Shown in pieces: positions 63,518-63,787 of a stretch of 63,787 bases of DNA. The stretch's first letter is position 1; each line of letters starts with the position of its first letter. This DNA comes from Octopus bimaculoides (Eukaryota), in assembly GCF_001194135.2 (NCBI RefSeq), contig NC_068990.1, forward strand, positions 25,390,740-25,454,526, written 5' to 3'. A program made the position numbers and the translations under genes. The notes beneath the pieces were generated by a model. The model did not search any database and was not told where the DNA came from. It was given only the letters and a program-made list of their open reading frames with translations.

Positions 63518-63787
63518 TATGTATATTATATATATATATTATGTATATATATATATATTATGCATATATATCATCATCATCATCATCATCATCGTTTAAC
63601 GTCCGCTTTCCATGCTAGCATGGGTTGGACGATTTGACTGAGGACTGGTGAAACCGGATGGCAACACCAGGCTCCAGTCTGATTTGGCAGAGTTTCTACA
63701 GCTGGATGCCCTTCCTAACGCCAACCACTCAGAGAGTGTAGTGGGTGCTTTTACGTGTCACCCGCACGAAAACGGCCACGCTCGAAA

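Overview
This is AT-rich, microsatellite-rich animal genomic DNA with eight assembly gaps. The SINE families (tRNA-derived, resembling the OK/OR types), RTE LINE tails and (TA)n/(CA)n/(AAT)n load point to an octopus genome (inference). I cannot identify any intact host protein-coding gene; almost all ORFs in the supplied track are microsatellite or N-gap artefacts. Recognisable coding sequence consists of decayed transposon fragments: hAT, Merlin/ISXO2-like, Tc1, three mariners, a DD37D/DD41D-type Tc1/mariner, Penelope GIY-YIG, Tx1-like, RTE and two R4/Dong-like RLE retrotransposons. There are also many MITEs, several with perfect TSDs. The most notable items are: (1) a Penelope terminal repeat carrying an intact minimal hammerhead ribozyme (49097-49142, minus), with a second, mutated copy that is preceded by tRNA-like A/B boxes; (2) several long near-perfect hairpins, two with mismatches that are G-U compatible on the plus strand; (3) a CpG-decay domain structure (decayed to about 25 kb, CpG-retaining 26-62 kb, decayed again after 62 kb) with promoter-like islands at about 28-29 kb and 61.3-61.6 kb; (4) a few low-confidence candidate host exons, including a Kozak-perfect signal-peptide-like ORF. 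I found no convincing wholly new system.
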